A stretch of 39,741 bases of DNA from a virus (taxonomy: Duplodnaviria; Heunggongvirae; Uroviricota; Caudoviricetes), in the IMG/VR virus record IMGVR_UViG_2778261267_000002; one strand, written 5' to 3'. Under the pieces are notes generated by a model. It made no database searches. It had not been told where the DNA came from and saw nothing but the letters and a program-made list of their open reading frames with translations. Made by a program: the position numbers and the translations under genes. This document shows, piece after piece, positions 20,083 to 31,269 of the stretch; the stretch's first letter is position 1, and each line of letters begins with the position of its first letter.

Positions 20083-20577
20083 ATGAATATGGCAGCACCA
20101 AAGGGCAACCGATTTTGGGAGGCCCGCAGTAGTCATGGGCGAAATCCTAAATTCGAATCGCCCGAGGCGCTGTGGGCTGCTTGTTGTGAATACTTCGAGT
20201 GGGTTGAAGCTAACCCGCTATGGGAGATGAAGGCGTTCTCGTATCAGGGTGAAGTGATACAAGAGCCTATCGCCAAGATGCGAGCGATGACCATTACCGG
20301 CCTCACTCTGTTCATTGATGTGACGCTTGAAACATGGCGCACATATCGCCTGCGAGAAGATTTATCTGAAGTCGTTACGCGAGCAGAACAGGTCATCTAC
20401 GACCAGAAATTCTCTGGCGCAGCCGCTGACCTTCTCAACGCTAACATCATCGCCCGTGATTTGGGCCTCAAAGAGCAGTCGCAAGTTGAAGACGTGACAC
20501 CTGATAAGGGAGATCGCGATAAGCGGCGCTCTCGTATCAAGGAGCTATTCAACCGTGGAACTGGACGCGATTCTTGA
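20083..20577 (+). CDS. Terminase small subunit (P22 gp3 family)
   Basis: 164-aa ORF immediately upstream of large terminase; contains a P22 pac-like sequence. Confidence 0.85.
   Translation: MNMAAPKGNRFWEARSSHGRNPKFESPEALWAACCEYFEWVEANPLWEMKAFSYQGEVIQEPIAKMRAMTITGLTLFIDVTLETWRTYRLREDLSEVVTRAEQVIYDQKFSGAAADLLNANIIARDLGLKEQSQVEDVTPDKGDRDKRRSRIKELFNRGTGRDS
20356..20378 (+). other. pac-like packaging initiation site within the small terminase gene
   Basis: GAAGATTTATCTGAAGTCGTTAC matches the P22 pac site as recalled. Confidence 0.45.
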
Positions 20578-22054
20578 TAACCTGAGCGACGAAGAGCAAA
20601 TCGAATTGCTCGAGCTACTCGAAGAAGAAGAGAACTACCGGAACACACACCTGCTATATGAATTTACGCCATACAGCAAACAGCGTGAGTTCATCGACGC
20701 CGGGCATGACTATCCAGAGCGCTGTTTTATGGCTGGTAACCAGCTTGGTAAGTCATTTACTGGTGCTGCTGAAGTCGCGTTTCACCTTACCGGGCGTTAT
20801 CCGGGAACAAAAGGCTATCCGGCTGATGGTAAATATGGCGGGGAGTGGAAAGGTAAGCGTTTCTATGAGCCTGTTGTCTTCTGGATTGGTGGCGAGACAA
20901 ACGAGACTGTAACCAAAACGACTCAACGCATCCTGTGCGGTCGTATCGAAGAGAATGATGAGCCTGGCTACGGTTCCATACCGAAAGAGGACATCATTAG
21001 CTGGAAGAAGTCTCCTTTCTTTCCGAACCTTGTTGATCATCTTCTGGTTAAGCATCACACGGCTGATGGCGTTGAAGATGGCATTTCAATCTGCTACTTC
21101 AAACCATACTCGCAAGGCCGCGCTCGCTGGCAGGGTGACACAATCCACGGCGTGTGGTTTGATGAAGAGCCACCATACAGCATTTATGGCGAAGGTCTTA
21201 CCCGTACCAACAAATACGGTCAATTCTCGATTCTGACGTTTACCCCGCTGATGGGGATGTCTGACGTTGTTACCAAGTTCCTGAAGAATCCCAGCAAGTC
21301 TCAGAAAGTGGTCAACATGACCATCTATGACGCTGAGCACTACACCGACGAGCAGAAAGAGCAAATCATCGCATCCTATCCTGAGCATGAGAGAGAGGCG
21401 CGTGCTCGCGGTATTCCTACGATGGGTAGCGGTCGAATCTTCCAGATACCGGAAGAGACGATTAAGTGTCAGCCGTTCGAGTGTCCTGATCACTTCTACG
21501 TAATTGGCGGGATGGATTTCGGATGGGATCACCCGCAGGCGCAGGTTCAGCTTTGGTGGGATAAGGACGCAGACACAATCTACGTTTCACGCGTGTGGAA
21601 GGCGAAAGAAAAAACAGCCGTTCAGGCATGGGGAGCGGTTAAATCATGGGCGCATAAAGTGCCAACAGCATGGCCTCATGACGGAAACCAGCATGAGAAG
21701 GGCGGCGGTGAGCAGCTCAAAGGGCAGTATGCAGACGCTGGTTTTATGATGTTGCAGGAGCATGCGACATGGCCTGATGGCGGTAATGCTGTGGAGCCTG
21801 GCATCACTGAATTGCGCGACATGATGCTCGATGGTCGCTTCAAAGTATTCAACACCTGTGAGCCATTCTTTGAGGAGTTCCGCCTCTATCACCGTGATGA
21901 AAACGGGAAGATCGTCAAGCTTAACGACGACGTGCTATCAGCCGTTCGCTATGCATACATGATGCGCCGCTTCGCAAAAATGATGCGCGACATCAAAAAA
22001 CCAAAAGAGAAAAAGATACCAGCCCCAATCAGGCCCATCGCACGGAGAACTTAA
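20555..22054 (+). CDS. Terminase large subunit (P22 gp2 family, 499 aa)
   Basis: Length and position as P22 gp2; ATPase and nuclease regions; overlaps the small-subunit gene. Confidence 0.85.
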   Translation: MELDAILDNLSDEEQIELLELLEEEENYRNTHLLYEFTPYSKQREFIDAGHDYPERCFMAGNQLGKSFTGAAEVAFHLTGRYPGTKGYPADGKYGGEWKGKRFYEPVVFWIGGETNETVTKTTQRILCGRIEENDEPGYGSIPKEDIISWKKSPFFPNLVDHLLVKHHTADGVEDGISICYFKPYSQGRARWQGDTIHGVWFDEEPPYSIYGEGLTRTNKYGQFSILTFTPLMGMSDVVTKFLKNPSKSQKVVNMTIYDAEHYTDEQKEQIIASYPEHEREARARGIPTMGSGRIFQIPEETIKCQPFECPDHFYVIGGMDFGWDHPQAQVQLWWDKDADTIYVSRVWKAKEKTAVQAWGAVKSWAHKVPTAWPHDGNQHEKGGGEQLKGQYADAGFMMLQEHATWPDGGNAVEPGITELRDMMLDGRFKVFNTCEPFFEEFRLYHRDENGKIVKLNDDVLSAVRYAYMMRRFAKMMRDIKKPKEKKIPAPIRPIARRT

Positions 22055-24220
22055 ATGGCCGACGAAAACAGACTCAATTCCATTCTGTGTAAGTTTGACG
22101 CAGACTGGATGGCGAGCGATGAAGCCAGAACCGAGGCGACAAATGACCTGTATTTTAGCCGAGTGTCGCAATGGGATGACTGGCTATCAAACTACACGAC
22201 CCTGCAATATCGCGGACAATTCGATGTTGTTCGCCCGGTGGTCAGGAAACTGGTCGCAGAGATGCGCCGTAACCCTATCGACGTTCTCTTCCGACCCAAA
22301 GACGGCGCTAATCCTGATGCAGCCGATGTGTTGATGGGGATGTATCGTACTGATATGCGCCATAACACGGCAAAGATTGCCGTTAACGTTGGCGTTCGTG
22401 AGCAGATAGAGTCCGGCGTTGGTGCATGGCGTCTGGTCACGCAGTACGAAGACAACGATCCAACAAGCAACAATCAGGTAATCCGACGCCTGCCAATCCA
22501 TGAAGCCTGCTCACACGTCATATGGGACGCCAACAGCAAGCAGATGGATAAGAGCGACGCTAAGCACTGCACGGTGATTAACGCCTTGTCGCGCAATGGC
22601 TGGAAAGAGTTCGCAGAGGATTACGGTATTGATCCGGACACCTTGCCATCTTTCCAGAATCCGAACGATACATGGCTGTTTCCGTGGGTATCGAATGATG
22701 TCGTCTACGTCGCTGAGTATTACGAGGTCGAAGAGAAGAAAGAGAAAGTCTTCATCTACCGCGACCCGCTGACAGGTGAGCCGGTAAGCTATTACCAGCA
22801 GGATATTAAAGACGTTATCGACGACCTGGCTAATCGTGGATTCATTAAGGTAGCAGAGCGCAAGGTGAAGCGTCGTCGTGTGTATAAGTCGATCATCACC
22901 TGCACGCAGATACTGAAAGACCGAGAAAAGATAGCCGGAGAGCATATCCCAATCGTTCCAGTGTATGGAGAATGGTCATTCGCTGGTGACAAGGAGTGCT
23001 ACGAGGGAGTGGTAAGGCTGACGAAAGACGGTCAGCGCCTTCGTAACATGATCATGTCATTCAACGCCGATATTGTTGCTCGCTCACCGAAGAAGAAACC
23101 GACCTTCTTCCCTGAGCAAATCGAAGGCTACGAATACATGTACGGTGGAAATGATGACTATCCGTACTATCTGCAGAACAGGACCGATGAAAACGGTAAC
23201 GACCTGCCGATTGGTCCAGTCTCCTACATGGAAAACCCTGAAGTGCCGCAAGCCAACGCTTACATGCTTGAGGCAGCCACCAACGCAGTGAAAGAGGTGG
23301 CTAGTCTTGGCGTTGATGCGCAGGCGGCAAATGGTCAGGTCGCTTTCGATACCGTCAATCAACTGAACATGCGGGCAGACCTTGAGACATACGTGTTTCA
23401 GGATAACCTGGCTACCGCAATGCGACGTGATGGCGAGATTTATGCCTCAATGGTCAACGATATTTATGACGTTCCTCGCCATGTAACGCTGACTCTTGAA
23501 GACGGAAGCGAGAAAGACGTTCAACTCTACGCGCAAGTTGTAGATTACCAGTCCGGCAATGTGGTCACACTCAACGACATTCGCGGTCGCTATGAGTGCT
23601 ATACAGACGTTGGACCATCCTTCCAGAGTATGAAGGAACAGAACCGCGTAGAGATTCAGGAGTTACTCACCAAGGTTCCACAAGGTACTCCAGAGTTCCA
23701 GATGCTGATGCTGCAATACTTCACGCTGCTTGACGGTAAAGGCGTCGAGATGATGCGAGAGTACGCGAACAAGCAACTGGTGATGATGGGGCTGAAGAAA
23801 CCAGAAACACCTGAAGAGATGGAGATGGTACAGCAGGCTCAACAGCAGCCGCAGCAGCCATCAGCAGAGCAAATTCAGGCGCAGGGTATCCTTCTGCAAG
23901 GTCAGGCTGAATTGCTCAAGGCAGAGAACCAACAGGCGCAGATTCAGGTTGAAGCTGCCAAGGTTGAAGCCCAAAACCAACTCAACGCCGCGAAGATTGC
24001 AGAAATCTTCAACAATATGGACCTCGACAAGCAGGCAGAACTGCGTGAGTACCTCAAGCTCGTAGGTCAATTCCAGCAACAGCGCAGCAAAGATGCTCGT
24101 GCTAACGCTGAGCTGCTTCTTAAAGATGCAGACCAGACTCATTCACAACGCATGGATTTCGCGAATCTTATGCGTCAAGTTCAAATCCCCTCCGGCGGAG
24201 TAGCCGAGACACCTCAATAA
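22055..24220 (+). CDS. Portal protein (P22 gp1 family, 721 aa)
   Basis: Size, position and Gln-rich C-terminal barrel-forming tail typical of P22-like portals. Confidence 0.9.
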   Translation: MADENRLNSILCKFDADWMASDEARTEATNDLYFSRVSQWDDWLSNYTTLQYRGQFDVVRPVVRKLVAEMRRNPIDVLFRPKDGANPDAADVLMGMYRTDMRHNTAKIAVNVGVREQIESGVGAWRLVTQYEDNDPTSNNQVIRRLPIHEACSHVIWDANSKQMDKSDAKHCTVINALSRNGWKEFAEDYGIDPDTLPSFQNPNDTWLFPWVSNDVVYVAEYYEVEEKKEKVFIYRDPLTGEPVSYYQQDIKDVIDDLANRGFIKVAERKVKRRRVYKSIITCTQILKDREKIAGEHIPIVPVYGEWSFAGDKECYEGVVRLTKDGQRLRNMIMSFNADIVARSPKKKPTFFPEQIEGYEYMYGGNDDYPYYLQNRTDENGNDLPIGPVSYMENPEVPQANAYMLEAATNAVKEVASLGVDAQAANGQVAFDTVNQLNMRADLETYVFQDNLATAMRRDGEIYASMVNDIYDVPRHVTLTLEDGSEKDVQLYAQVVDYQSGNVVTLNDIRGRYECYTDVGPSFQSMKEQNRVEIQELLTKVPQGTPEFQMLMLQYFTLLDGKGVEMMREYANKQLVMMGLKKPETPEEMEMVQQAQQQPQQPSAEQIQAQGILLQGQAELLKAENQQAQIQVEAAKVEAQNQLNAAKIAEIFNNMDLDKQAELREYLKLVGQFQQQRSKDARANAELLLKDADQTHSQRMDFANLMRQVQIPSGGVAETPQ

Positions 24221-24233
24221 GAGAGAGTTAATC

Positions 24234-25145
24234 ATGGACCAAACCACCGACATTCAGGCTTCTGAAGAATTAACCCTGCCCGGCAATCATGCAGCGGCAT
24301 CTGCTGATGGCTTAGTTGTCGATAATGCCAACGACAACGCAGGTCAGGAAGAAGGCTTCGAGATTGTCCTGAAAGACGATGAGAAACCAAAACAAGACCC
24401 GGCAACTAATGCTGAATTTGCCCGTCGCCGCATCGAACGCAAACGCCAGCGTGAGCTTGAGCAACAGATGGAAGCGGTTAAGCGTGGAGAGTTGCCGGAG
24501 CACCTGCGGGTGAACCCTGAGTTACCAAAACAACCAGACCCTAACGATTATCTTTCCGAAGATGCACTGGCTAAGTACGACTATGACCAGAGCCGCGCAC
24601 TGGCTGCCTTCCAGCAGGCAAACAGTGAATGGCAGATCAAGGCTATGGACGCACGAAGCCAGGCTGTCGCCGAGCAGGGTCGCAAAACTCAGGAGTTCAC
24701 CCAGCAATCAGCGCAATACGTCGAGGCAGCCCGTAAGCACTACGACGCAGCGGAAAAGCTCAATATCCCTGACTATCAGGAGAAAGAGGATGCATTCATG
24801 CAACTGGTGCCGCCAGCAGTCGGTGCCGACATCATGCGCCTCTTCCCGGAGAAATCCGCTGCTCTCATGTATCACCTTGGTGCTAATCCTGAGAAAACAC
24901 GCCAGTTGCTGGCGATGGACGGGCAATCCGCGTTGATTGAACTCACTCGACTGTCAGAACGTTTAACTCTCAAGCCTCGAGCCAAGCCTGTTTCAGAAGC
25001 CCCGTTACCTGATGAACCCATTCAGGGACATGCTGTTGCTGCAAATATCTCTGCGATTGAAAAGCAGATGGAAGCGGCAGCAAACAAAGGGGATGTAGAG
25101 GCATACCGCAAGCTCAAGGCGCAACTGAATAAAGGAATTCGATAA
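24234..25145 (+). CDS. Scaffolding protein (P22 gp8 family, 303 aa)
   Basis: Highly charged helical 303-aa protein between portal and coat, same length as P22 gp8. Confidence 0.8.
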   Translation: MDQTTDIQASEELTLPGNHAAASADGLVVDNANDNAGQEEGFEIVLKDDEKPKQDPATNAEFARRRIERKRQRELEQQMEAVKRGELPEHLRVNPELPKQPDPNDYLSEDALAKYDYDQSRALAAFQQANSEWQIKAMDARSQAVAEQGRKTQEFTQQSAQYVEAARKHYDAAEKLNIPDYQEKEDAFMQLVPPAVGADIMRLFPEKSAALMYHLGANPEKTRQLLAMDGQSALIELTRLSERLTLKPRAKPVSEAPLPDEPIQGHAVAANISAIEKQMEAAANKGDVEAYRKLKAQLNKGIR

Positions 25146-26440
25146 TGGCATTAAATGAAGGTCAACTGGTCACATATGCTCTGGATGAAATCATCGAAAC
25201 CGTCCAGAACCTGACGCCAATGGCGTCAAAAGTGACAAAATACACCCCTCCGGCAGAATCCATGCAGCGTTCAAGCAACACCGTGTGGATGCCTGTTGAG
25301 CAGGAAGCGCCAACGCAGACTGGCTGGGATTTAACTGGCAACGCAACCGGGATTCTGGAACTCTCCGTGAAATGCAACATGGGCGATCCGGATAACGATT
25401 TCTTCGAGCTTCGTGCAGATGACCTGCGTGATGAGCGTTCTTACCGTCGCCGCATCCAGGCATCCGCCAAAAAACTGGCGAATAACATTGAGTCAGCGAT
25501 TGCCAAACAGGCAACTGAAATGGGCTCGCTTGTTGTTCACGATACCCGAGCAATTGGTCCATCTACTGGCCTGTCTGGCTGGGATTTTGTGTCTGATGCA
25601 GAGCGCCTGATGTTCTCCCGTGAGCTAAACCGCGATATGGGCATCAGTTACTTCCTGAACCCTGACGATTACCGCAAAGCAGGCCGCAACCTGGTAGATG
25701 GTGACATCTTCGGGCGCGTTACTGAAGACGCGTATCACAACGGTACTATTCAGCGTCAGATTGCTGGCTTTGATGAAATTCTTCGCTCACCGAAACTTCC
25801 CGCAGTTACCAAGTCAACCGCTACTGGTGTAACTGTTTCTGGTGCGCAGAAGTTTAAGCCGCAGGCATACACCCTTGATACCGATGGTAACAAAGAGAAC
25901 GTCGATAACCGTGTTGCAACGGTGACCGTATCCTCCACCACCGGATTTAAGCGCGGCGACAAAATCAGCTTCACTGGTGTGAAATTCCTGTCTCAGATGG
26001 CGAAGAACGTGCTGACTGATGATGCGACTTTCTCAATCACCCGTGTGATCGATGGTACTCACATCGAAATCACGCCGAAGCCGATTGCGCTGGATGACGC
26101 GTCACTGACAAAAGAAGAGAAGGCTTACGCTAACGTAAACACCTCTCTTGCTGATACCACTCCGGTAAACGTTCTGAACGTGGCAACAACCACCGCTAAC
26201 GTGTTCTGGGCTGATGACTCAATTCGTCTGCTGTCTCAGCCGATCCCGGTAACCCATGAACTGTTTGCTGGCATGAAAACGTCTTCCTTCAGCATTCCAG
26301 GCATTGGTGTTAACGGCATCTTCGCAACGCAGGGTGATATCAACACTCTGTCTGGTAAGTGCCGTATTGCTGTGTGGTATTCAGCATGTGCTGTACGACC
26401 AGAGGCAATTGGTGTTGGTCTTCCTAACCAGACCGCGTGA
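25145..26440 (+). CDS. Major capsid (coat) protein (P22 gp5 family)
   Basis: [27 protein letters not shown]... collinear with P22 coat protein across its length. Confidence 0.9.
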   Translation: MALNEGQLVTYALDEIIETVQNLTPMASKVTKYTPPAESMQRSSNTVWMPVEQEAPTQTGWDLTGNATGILELSVKCNMGDPDNDFFELRADDLRDERSYRRRIQASAKKLANNIESAIAKQATEMGSLVVHDTRAIGPSTGLSGWDFVSDAERLMFSRELNRDMGISYFLNPDDYRKAGRNLVDGDIFGRVTEDAYHNGTIQRQIAGFDEILRSPKLPAVTKSTATGVTVSGAQKFKPQAYTLDTDGNKENVDNRVATVTVSSTTGFKRGDKISFTGVKFLSQMAKNVLTDDATFSITRVIDGTHIEITPKPIALDDASLTKEEKAYANVNTSLADTTPVNVLNVATTTANVFWADDSIRLLSQPIPVTHELFAGMKTSSFSIPGIGVNGIFATQGDINTLSGKCRIAVWYSACAVRPEAIGVGLPNQTA

Positions 26441-26446
26441 TAACCA

Positions 26447-26469
26447 GAGGGAGCTTCGGCTCCCTTTTT
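26447..26469 (+). terminator. Rho-independent terminator after the coat gene
   Basis: GGGAGC-TTCG-GCTCCC hairpin followed by TTTTTT, 7 nt after the coat stop. Confidence 0.6.
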
Positions 26470-26484
26470 TATCTGGAGACAAGC

Positions 26485-26715
26485 ATGACACACATGATCT
26501 TTCGTCATGGCGACATGAAGAAATGGAAAGGCGTTGGATACGACTTTGAAATCGTGAAAGCCGAAGAGCTTCAGGAATATCTGGATGCTGGTTGGTTTTC
26601 ACATCCTGATGACCTTTTGAAGGATGTTGCAGAGCCAGAGCCAGAAGAAAAACAGCGTAAAAAGCTTGGTCGAAAACCTAAGGCGGCAGCAGATGAACCT
26701 GACAACGAAGGGTGA
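26485..26715 (+). CDS. Small acidic hypothetical protein (76 aa) between coat and gp4
   Basis: ORF with GGAGA ribosome-binding site right after the coat terminator; track shows an upstream-extended frame from 26437. Confidence 0.4.
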   Translation: MTHMIFRHGDMKKWKGVGYDFEIVKAEELQEYLDAGWFSHPDDLLKDVAEPEPEEKQRKKLGRKPKAAADEPDNEG

Positions 26716-27193
26716 TTTAGTTCTTGCGGCATTACGTAAGCTCGGTGTGGCATCAAATGCCACGTTAACCGATGTCGAACCGCAGTCTATGGAAGACGGC
26801 GTCAACGACCTTGAAATGATGATGGCTGAATGGCTTGGCGGTGATGCGTCACCTGGCATCAACGTTGGCTACATTTTCGCTGATGCAGATGTCGCTCCAG
26901 ATCCGGGCGATGAGCACGGTTTATCAAATAACGCTATCAATGCCGTCATTTTCAACCTTGCCTGCCGCATTGCTCCGGATTATGCGCTGGAAGCGTCTGC
27001 AAAACTTATAACCACTGCCAGATACGGGAAAGAGCGACTCGTCAAACTGTCTGCAATGGACAGAGCAAAAGCCGCTAAATGTAAGTCCGGTTATCCAAAC
27101 CGTATGCCTGTTGGTAGCGGTAGCCAGTTGGCGAAGTGGAATGGTTGGAATTACTTCCACCGAAAGGAACCTTGCGATAACGGGAGCGAATAA
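26693..27193 (+). CDS. Head-completion / tail accessory factor (P22 gp4 family, 166 aa)
   Basis: [33 protein letters not shown]... matches P22 gp4; track ORF starts further upstream at 26624. Confidence 0.8.
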   Translation: MNLTTKGDLVLAALRKLGVASNATLTDVEPQSMEDGVNDLEMMMAEWLGGDASPGINVGYIFADADVAPDPGDEHGLSNNAINAVIFNLACRIAPDYALEASAKLITTARYGKERLVKLSAMDRAKAAKCKSGYPNRMPVGSGSQLAKWNGWNYFHRKEPCDNGSE

Positions 27194-27297
27194 TGCCGAT
27201 TCAGCAACTTCCGCTTATGAAAGGTGTCGGCAAAGACTTCCGAAACGCCGACTATATCGACTATCTGCCAGTGAATATGCTGGCAATTTTGATATAA
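27193..27297 (+). pseudogene. Displaced 5' fragment of tail gene 10 (34 codons, then stop)
   Basis: [31 protein letters not shown] matches the gp10 N-terminus, then diverges (ILI-stop) at the HEG insertion junction. Confidence 0.6.
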
Positions 27298-27333
27298 TAA
27301 GTACATGAAAAATCGAAACTTTAAGGAGTAGAT

Positions 27334-27918
27334 ATGCTTTCTGAGAATGCTAAAGATATACCTGGATTTGAAGGTGTTTATGCCGTAACAGAAGATGGCA
27401 GGGTGTATTCTCACTCACGTGTTGTTAAGGCTGCGCATGGCAGCACGCAACTCAGAAAGGGGCGCTGGTTAAAGCCTAAAATAAATCAGGGAAGGGTGCT
27501 TTATAATATCGGAGCAAAATGGACTTTTGCCCATCGAATCGTTGCAATGACATTCCTGCCAAATCCTGAAAACAAGCCTCAGGTAAATCATATTGATGGC
27601 AATCCACTCAATAATAACGTCAATAATCTTGAGTGGTGCACTCAAAGCGAAAACATCAAACATGCATACGCCACAGGATTAAAGAAACCAATCAAGTTTT
27701 TCGGAACCAAGCACCCAAAACACAAGTTGAGTGATGACGATGTTCTTGCAATCAAGTCATCAAAAGAAAGCTTGTCAGTAATTGCGGCTAAGTACGGGAT
27801 ATCTAAGACCTGGGCAAGTAGGCTAAAGCGTGATGCTAACTGGGTTCATATAAAGGTTGATTCCAATGGCAATACAACAACTACCACTAATGAAGGGATT
27901 AGGGAAAAGTGCGGTTAA
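27334..27918 (+). CDS. Free-standing HNH homing endonuclease (NUMOD4-type N-terminal motif, HNH core, C-terminal HTH-like domain)
   Basis: GFEGVYAVTEDGRVYSH (NUMOD4-like), VNHIDGNPLNNNVNNLEWCTQSEN (HNH), AAGGAG ribosome-binding site; ~36% GC versus ~50% surroundings. Confidence 0.8.
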   Translation: MLSENAKDIPGFEGVYAVTEDGRVYSHSRVVKAAHGSTQLRKGRWLKPKINQGRVLYNIGAKWTFAHRIVAMTFLPNPENKPQVNHIDGNPLNNNVNNLEWCTQSENIKHAYATGLKKPIKFFGTKHPKHKLSDDDVLAIKSSKESLSVIAAKYGISKTWASRLKRDANWVHIKVDSNGNTTTTTNEGIREKCG

Positions 27919-29284
27919 TGCTGATTATATAGACCAACTTCCAGTCAATCTTTTAGCTACGCCCAAGGAGGTGTTGAATTCATCGGGATATCTTCGCTCA
28001 TTCCCGGGCATTGTCAAACGCTCTGATGTGAACGGTGTATCTCGCGGCGTCGAGTACAACATGGCGCAGAGTGCTGTTTATCGTGTGTGTGGTGGCAAGC
28101 TGTACAAAGGAGAAAGCGAGGTCGGTGATGTTGCCGGAAGTGGTCGCGTATCAATGGCGCATGGTCGAACATCTCAGGCTGTAGGCGTTAATGGTCAACT
28201 GGTCGAGTATCGCTATGATGGCACGGTTAAAACCGTCTCAAACTGGCCTACAGACAGCGGATTCACGCAGTATGAGTTAGGCTCAGTCCGCGACATTACG
28301 CGCTTACGTGGGCGTTATGCGTGGTCAAAAGACGGAACTGATTCATGGTTCATCACTGACCTTGAAGACGAATCGCATCCTGACCGCTACAGCGCACAAT
28401 ATCGTGCAGAATCGCAGCCTGACGGCATCATTGGCATCGGAACATGGCGAGACTTCATCGTCTGTTTTGGTTCATCGACGATTGAGTATTTTTCCCTGAC
28501 GGGTGCAACCACCGTTGGTGCTGCTTTGTATGTCGCACAGCCATCTCTTATGGTGCAGAAAGGCATTGCCGGAACTTACTGCAAAACGCCATTCGCTGAT
28601 TCTTATGCGTTCATCAGCAATCCGGCAACGGGTGCACCGTCTGTATACATCATTGGCTCCGGGCAGGTGTCACCAATCGCCAGCGCGAGCATTGAGAAAA
28701 TCCTCCGCTCCTACACTGCTAATGAACTGGCTGATGGTGTAATGGAATCGCTGCGATTTGATGCGCATGAGCTTCTGATTATCCATCTTCCGCGTCACGT
28801 CCTTGTGTACGACGCATCTTCAAGCGCCAATGGTCCTCAATGGTGTGTGCTGAAAACAGGGCTGTATGACGATGTGTACCGCGCTATCGACTTCATTTAC
28901 GAAGGCAATCAGATAACGTGCGGCGATAAGCTGGAATCGGTTACCGGCAAATTGCAGTTCGATATCAGCAGCCAGTACGACAAGCAACAGGAACACCTGC
29001 TGTTTACTCCACTGTTCAAAGCGGATAACGCCAGAGTGTTCGACCTTGAGGTTGAATCGTCAACTGGCGTTGCGCAGTACGCCGACCGCCTGTTCCTCTC
29101 TGCAACCACTGACGGCATAAATTACGGTCGTGAGCAGATGATTGAGCAGAATGAACCATTCGTTTACGACAAACGCGTTTTGTGGAAGAAAGTAGGGCGC
29201 ATCAGGAAAAACATTGGTTTCAAATTGCGCGTTATCACGAAGTCACCTGTCACTCTGTCTGGCGCTCAGATAAGGATTGAGTAA
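27866..29284 (+). CDS. Tail hub protein (P22 gp10 family, 472 aa), with a recoded 5' end
   Basis: Collinear with P22 gp10; first ~31 codons are AT-rich and overlap the HEG 3' end. Confidence 0.85.
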   Translation: MAIQQLPLMKGLGKSAVNADYIDQLPVNLLATPKEVLNSSGYLRSFPGIVKRSDVNGVSRGVEYNMAQSAVYRVCGGKLYKGESEVGDVAGSGRVSMAHGRTSQAVGVNGQLVEYRYDGTVKTVSNWPTDSGFTQYELGSVRDITRLRGRYAWSKDGTDSWFITDLEDESHPDRYSAQYRAESQPDGIIGIGTWRDFIVCFGSSTIEYFSLTGATTVGAALYVAQPSLMVQKGIAGTYCKTPFADSYAFISNPATGAPSVYIIGSGQVSPIASASIEKILRSYTANELADGVMESLRFDAHELLIIHLPRHVLVYDASSSANGPQWCVLKTGLYDDVYRAIDFIYEGNQITCGDKLESVTGKLQFDISSQYDKQQEHLLFTPLFKADNARVFDLEVESSTGVAQYADRLFLSATTDGINYGREQMIEQNEPFVYDKRVLWKKVGRIRKNIGFKLRVITKSPVTLSGAQIRIE

Positions 29285-30132
29285 TGGCGGATTCGAATCT
29301 CAATGTGCCGGTAATCATCCAAGCTACGCGGCTCGATACATCAGTCCTTCCACGCAATATCTTCTCGCAGTCGTATCTGCTTTACGTTATCGCACAGGGC
29401 ACTGATGTTGGTAACGTGGCTAACAAGGCCAACGAGGCCGGACAGGGCGCTTATGACGCACAAGTCAGGAACGATGAGCAGGATGTGATTCTCGCTGACC
29501 ATGAGCAGCGAATTTCTGCTGCGGAAGCAACGCTTGTTAATCATGAGGAGCGAATCAGCCAGGCAGAATCAACTCTTCAGGAACATGAAACACGAATAGC
29601 TCAGAATGAAAGCGATATTGCGTCTCTTGATACCAGAGTTCAGTCGCTCGAATCGCAGGTTTCAGACCATGAAACGCGCATCGATGCTCTGGAGTATGCC
29701 ACTACTCGCAAAAAGTCAGAGGTTGTTTACTCTGGCGTATCTGTAACCATCCCGACAGCGCCGACCAACCTTGTTAGCCTGCTGAAAACGCTCACGCCGT
29801 CATCCGGCTCGTTGGCACCATTCTTCGACACCGTTAACAACAAGATGGTTGTGTTCAACGAGAACAAAACCCTGTTCTTCAAGCTGTCGATTGTCGGGAC
29901 GTGGCCCAGCGGAACCGCCAACAGATCAATGCAGCTAACCTTTTCCGGCTCTGTTCCTGACACGTTGGTCAGCAGTCGTAATGCGGCGACAACAACCGAT
30001 AACATCCTGTTAGCTACGTTTTTCAGCGTGGATAAAGACGGCTTTCTTGCCACAAATGGCAGTACGTTAACCATCCAGTCAAATGGTGCGGCGTTTACTG
30101 CCACAACAATTAAAATCATTGCGGAGCAGTGA
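29284..30132 (+). CDS. Tail needle (P22 gp26 family) with divergent C-terminal knob domain
   Basis: N-terminal [43 protein letters not shown] like P22 gp26; heptad coiled-coil; distinct C-terminal ~130 aa. Confidence 0.8.
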   Translation: MADSNLNVPVIIQATRLDTSVLPRNIFSQSYLLYVIAQGTDVGNVANKANEAGQGAYDAQVRNDEQDVILADHEQRISAAEATLVNHEERISQAESTLQEHETRIAQNESDIASLDTRVQSLESQVSDHETRIDALEYATTRKKSEVVYSGVSVTIPTAPTNLVSLLKTLTPSSGSLAPFFDTVNNKMVVFNENKTLFFKLSIVGTWPSGTANRSMQLTFSGSVPDTLVSSRNAATTTDNILLATFFSVDKDGFLATNGSTLTIQSNGAAFTATTIKIIAEQ

Positions 30133-30611
30133 TGGAAATAAAGCTCATCGATAACCCGGTGAAGCTTGCAGAATTCCTTAACAACCCGGCAAACACGGGA
30201 AATATCGTAGACAGTGGAGATAAATACTACATCAAGCCTGATGCGGTATACCTCGGCATCTACGAAGGATTAGTGCTGGCTGGCGTTCATGAAGTGCGTA
30301 ACTTCTGGCATAGCGTTGTTGAATGCCATGCGGTGTACGACCCCGGATTCCGTGGTGAATATGCACTGCAAGGGCATCGATTATTCTGCAAATGGCTTCT
30401 CGAAAACTCACCATTCCTTAACAGCATCACCATGGTTCCTGACACCACGAAATACGGACGGGCAATTATCCGTTTGCTTGGCGCTACCCGTGTTGGTCAC
30501 CTTGATGATGCTTATACCAGCAATGGAAAGCCTGTAGGCATCACAATTTATCAGTTACCGCGCTCAAAATACGAGGAGCTAACGAATGTTAATTTTCCAG
30601 ATTGCCAATAA
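30129..30611 (+). CDS. Virion assembly protein (P22 gp14-like position)
   Basis: Synteny (follows tail needle); 160 aa. Confidence 0.55.
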   Translation: MMEIKLIDNPVKLAEFLNNPANTGNIVDSGDKYYIKPDAVYLGIYEGLVLAGVHEVRNFWHSVVECHAVYDPGFRGEYALQGHRLFCKWLLENSPFLNSITMVPDTTKYGRAIIRLLGATRVGHLDDAYTSNGKPVGITIYQLPRSKYEELTNVNFPDCQ

Positions 30612-31260
30612 GCACCTCAGCAAAGCTGTTTACTGCAAAGGTGGCAGTGATGGCGGCTCAAAAGCCCAGGCACGCGCAACTGAAAAAGGTATCGAATTGC
30701 AGCGTGAAATGTGGCAAACGAACATGCAAAACCTTGCACCGTTTACGCCACTCGCTCAGCAGTATGTATCACAGTTGCAGAATCTTTCCTCACTTCAGGG
30801 GCAAGGGCAGGCACTTAACCAGTATTACAACTCTCAGCAGTATAAAGACCTTGCAGGGCAGGCGCGCTATCAGAGTCTGGCAGCAGCAGAGGCAACGGGT
30901 GGATTAGGCTCTACAGCAACAGGAAACCAGTTAGCAGCAATCGCACCTACACTCGGTCAAAACTGGCTGTCAGGTCAGATGAACAACTACAACAATCTGG
31001 CAAATATCGGCCTTGGTGCTCTTACAGGTCAGGCAAACGCCGGACAAAACTACGCCAATAACGTCAGCCAGTTGTATCAACAGCAGGCAGCAGCATCTGC
31101 GGCTAATGCTAACCGACCATCAGGACTGCAATCAGCCTTGGGAGGTGCCATGAGCGGTGCGGCATCAGGGGCGATGATTGGCTCTGTGGTGCCAGGAATA
31201 GGTACAGCTGTTGGCGCTATTGGTGGCGGTATTATCGGTGGTCTTGGATCATTGTTTTAA
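30586..31260 (+). CDS. Ejection (injection) protein, P22 gp7-like position
   Basis: Synteny; Gln/Ala-rich with Gly-rich hydrophobic C-terminus. Confidence 0.55.
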   Translation: MLIFQIANKHLSKAVYCKGGSDGGSKAQARATEKGIELQREMWQTNMQNLAPFTPLAQQYVSQLQNLSSLQGQGQALNQYYNSQQYKDLAGQARYQSLAAAEATGGLGSTATGNQLAAIAPTLGQNWLSGQMNNYNNLANIGLGALTGQANAGQNYANNVSQLYQQQAAASAANANRPSGLQSALGGAMSGAASGAMIGSVVPGIGTAVGAIGGGIIGGLGSLF

Positions 31261-31269
31261 GGTGGGAAT

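Noticed and set aside
20753-24142. Multiple minus-strand ORFs (e.g. 20753..21058, 21086..21532, 21644..21892, 22187..22501, 22511..22945, 23084..23362, 23861..24142) inside terminase and portal genes
   Set aside because: They lie antisense within long, well-supported plus-strand genes, lack ribosome-binding sites and have no recognisable motifs; typical shadow ORFs.
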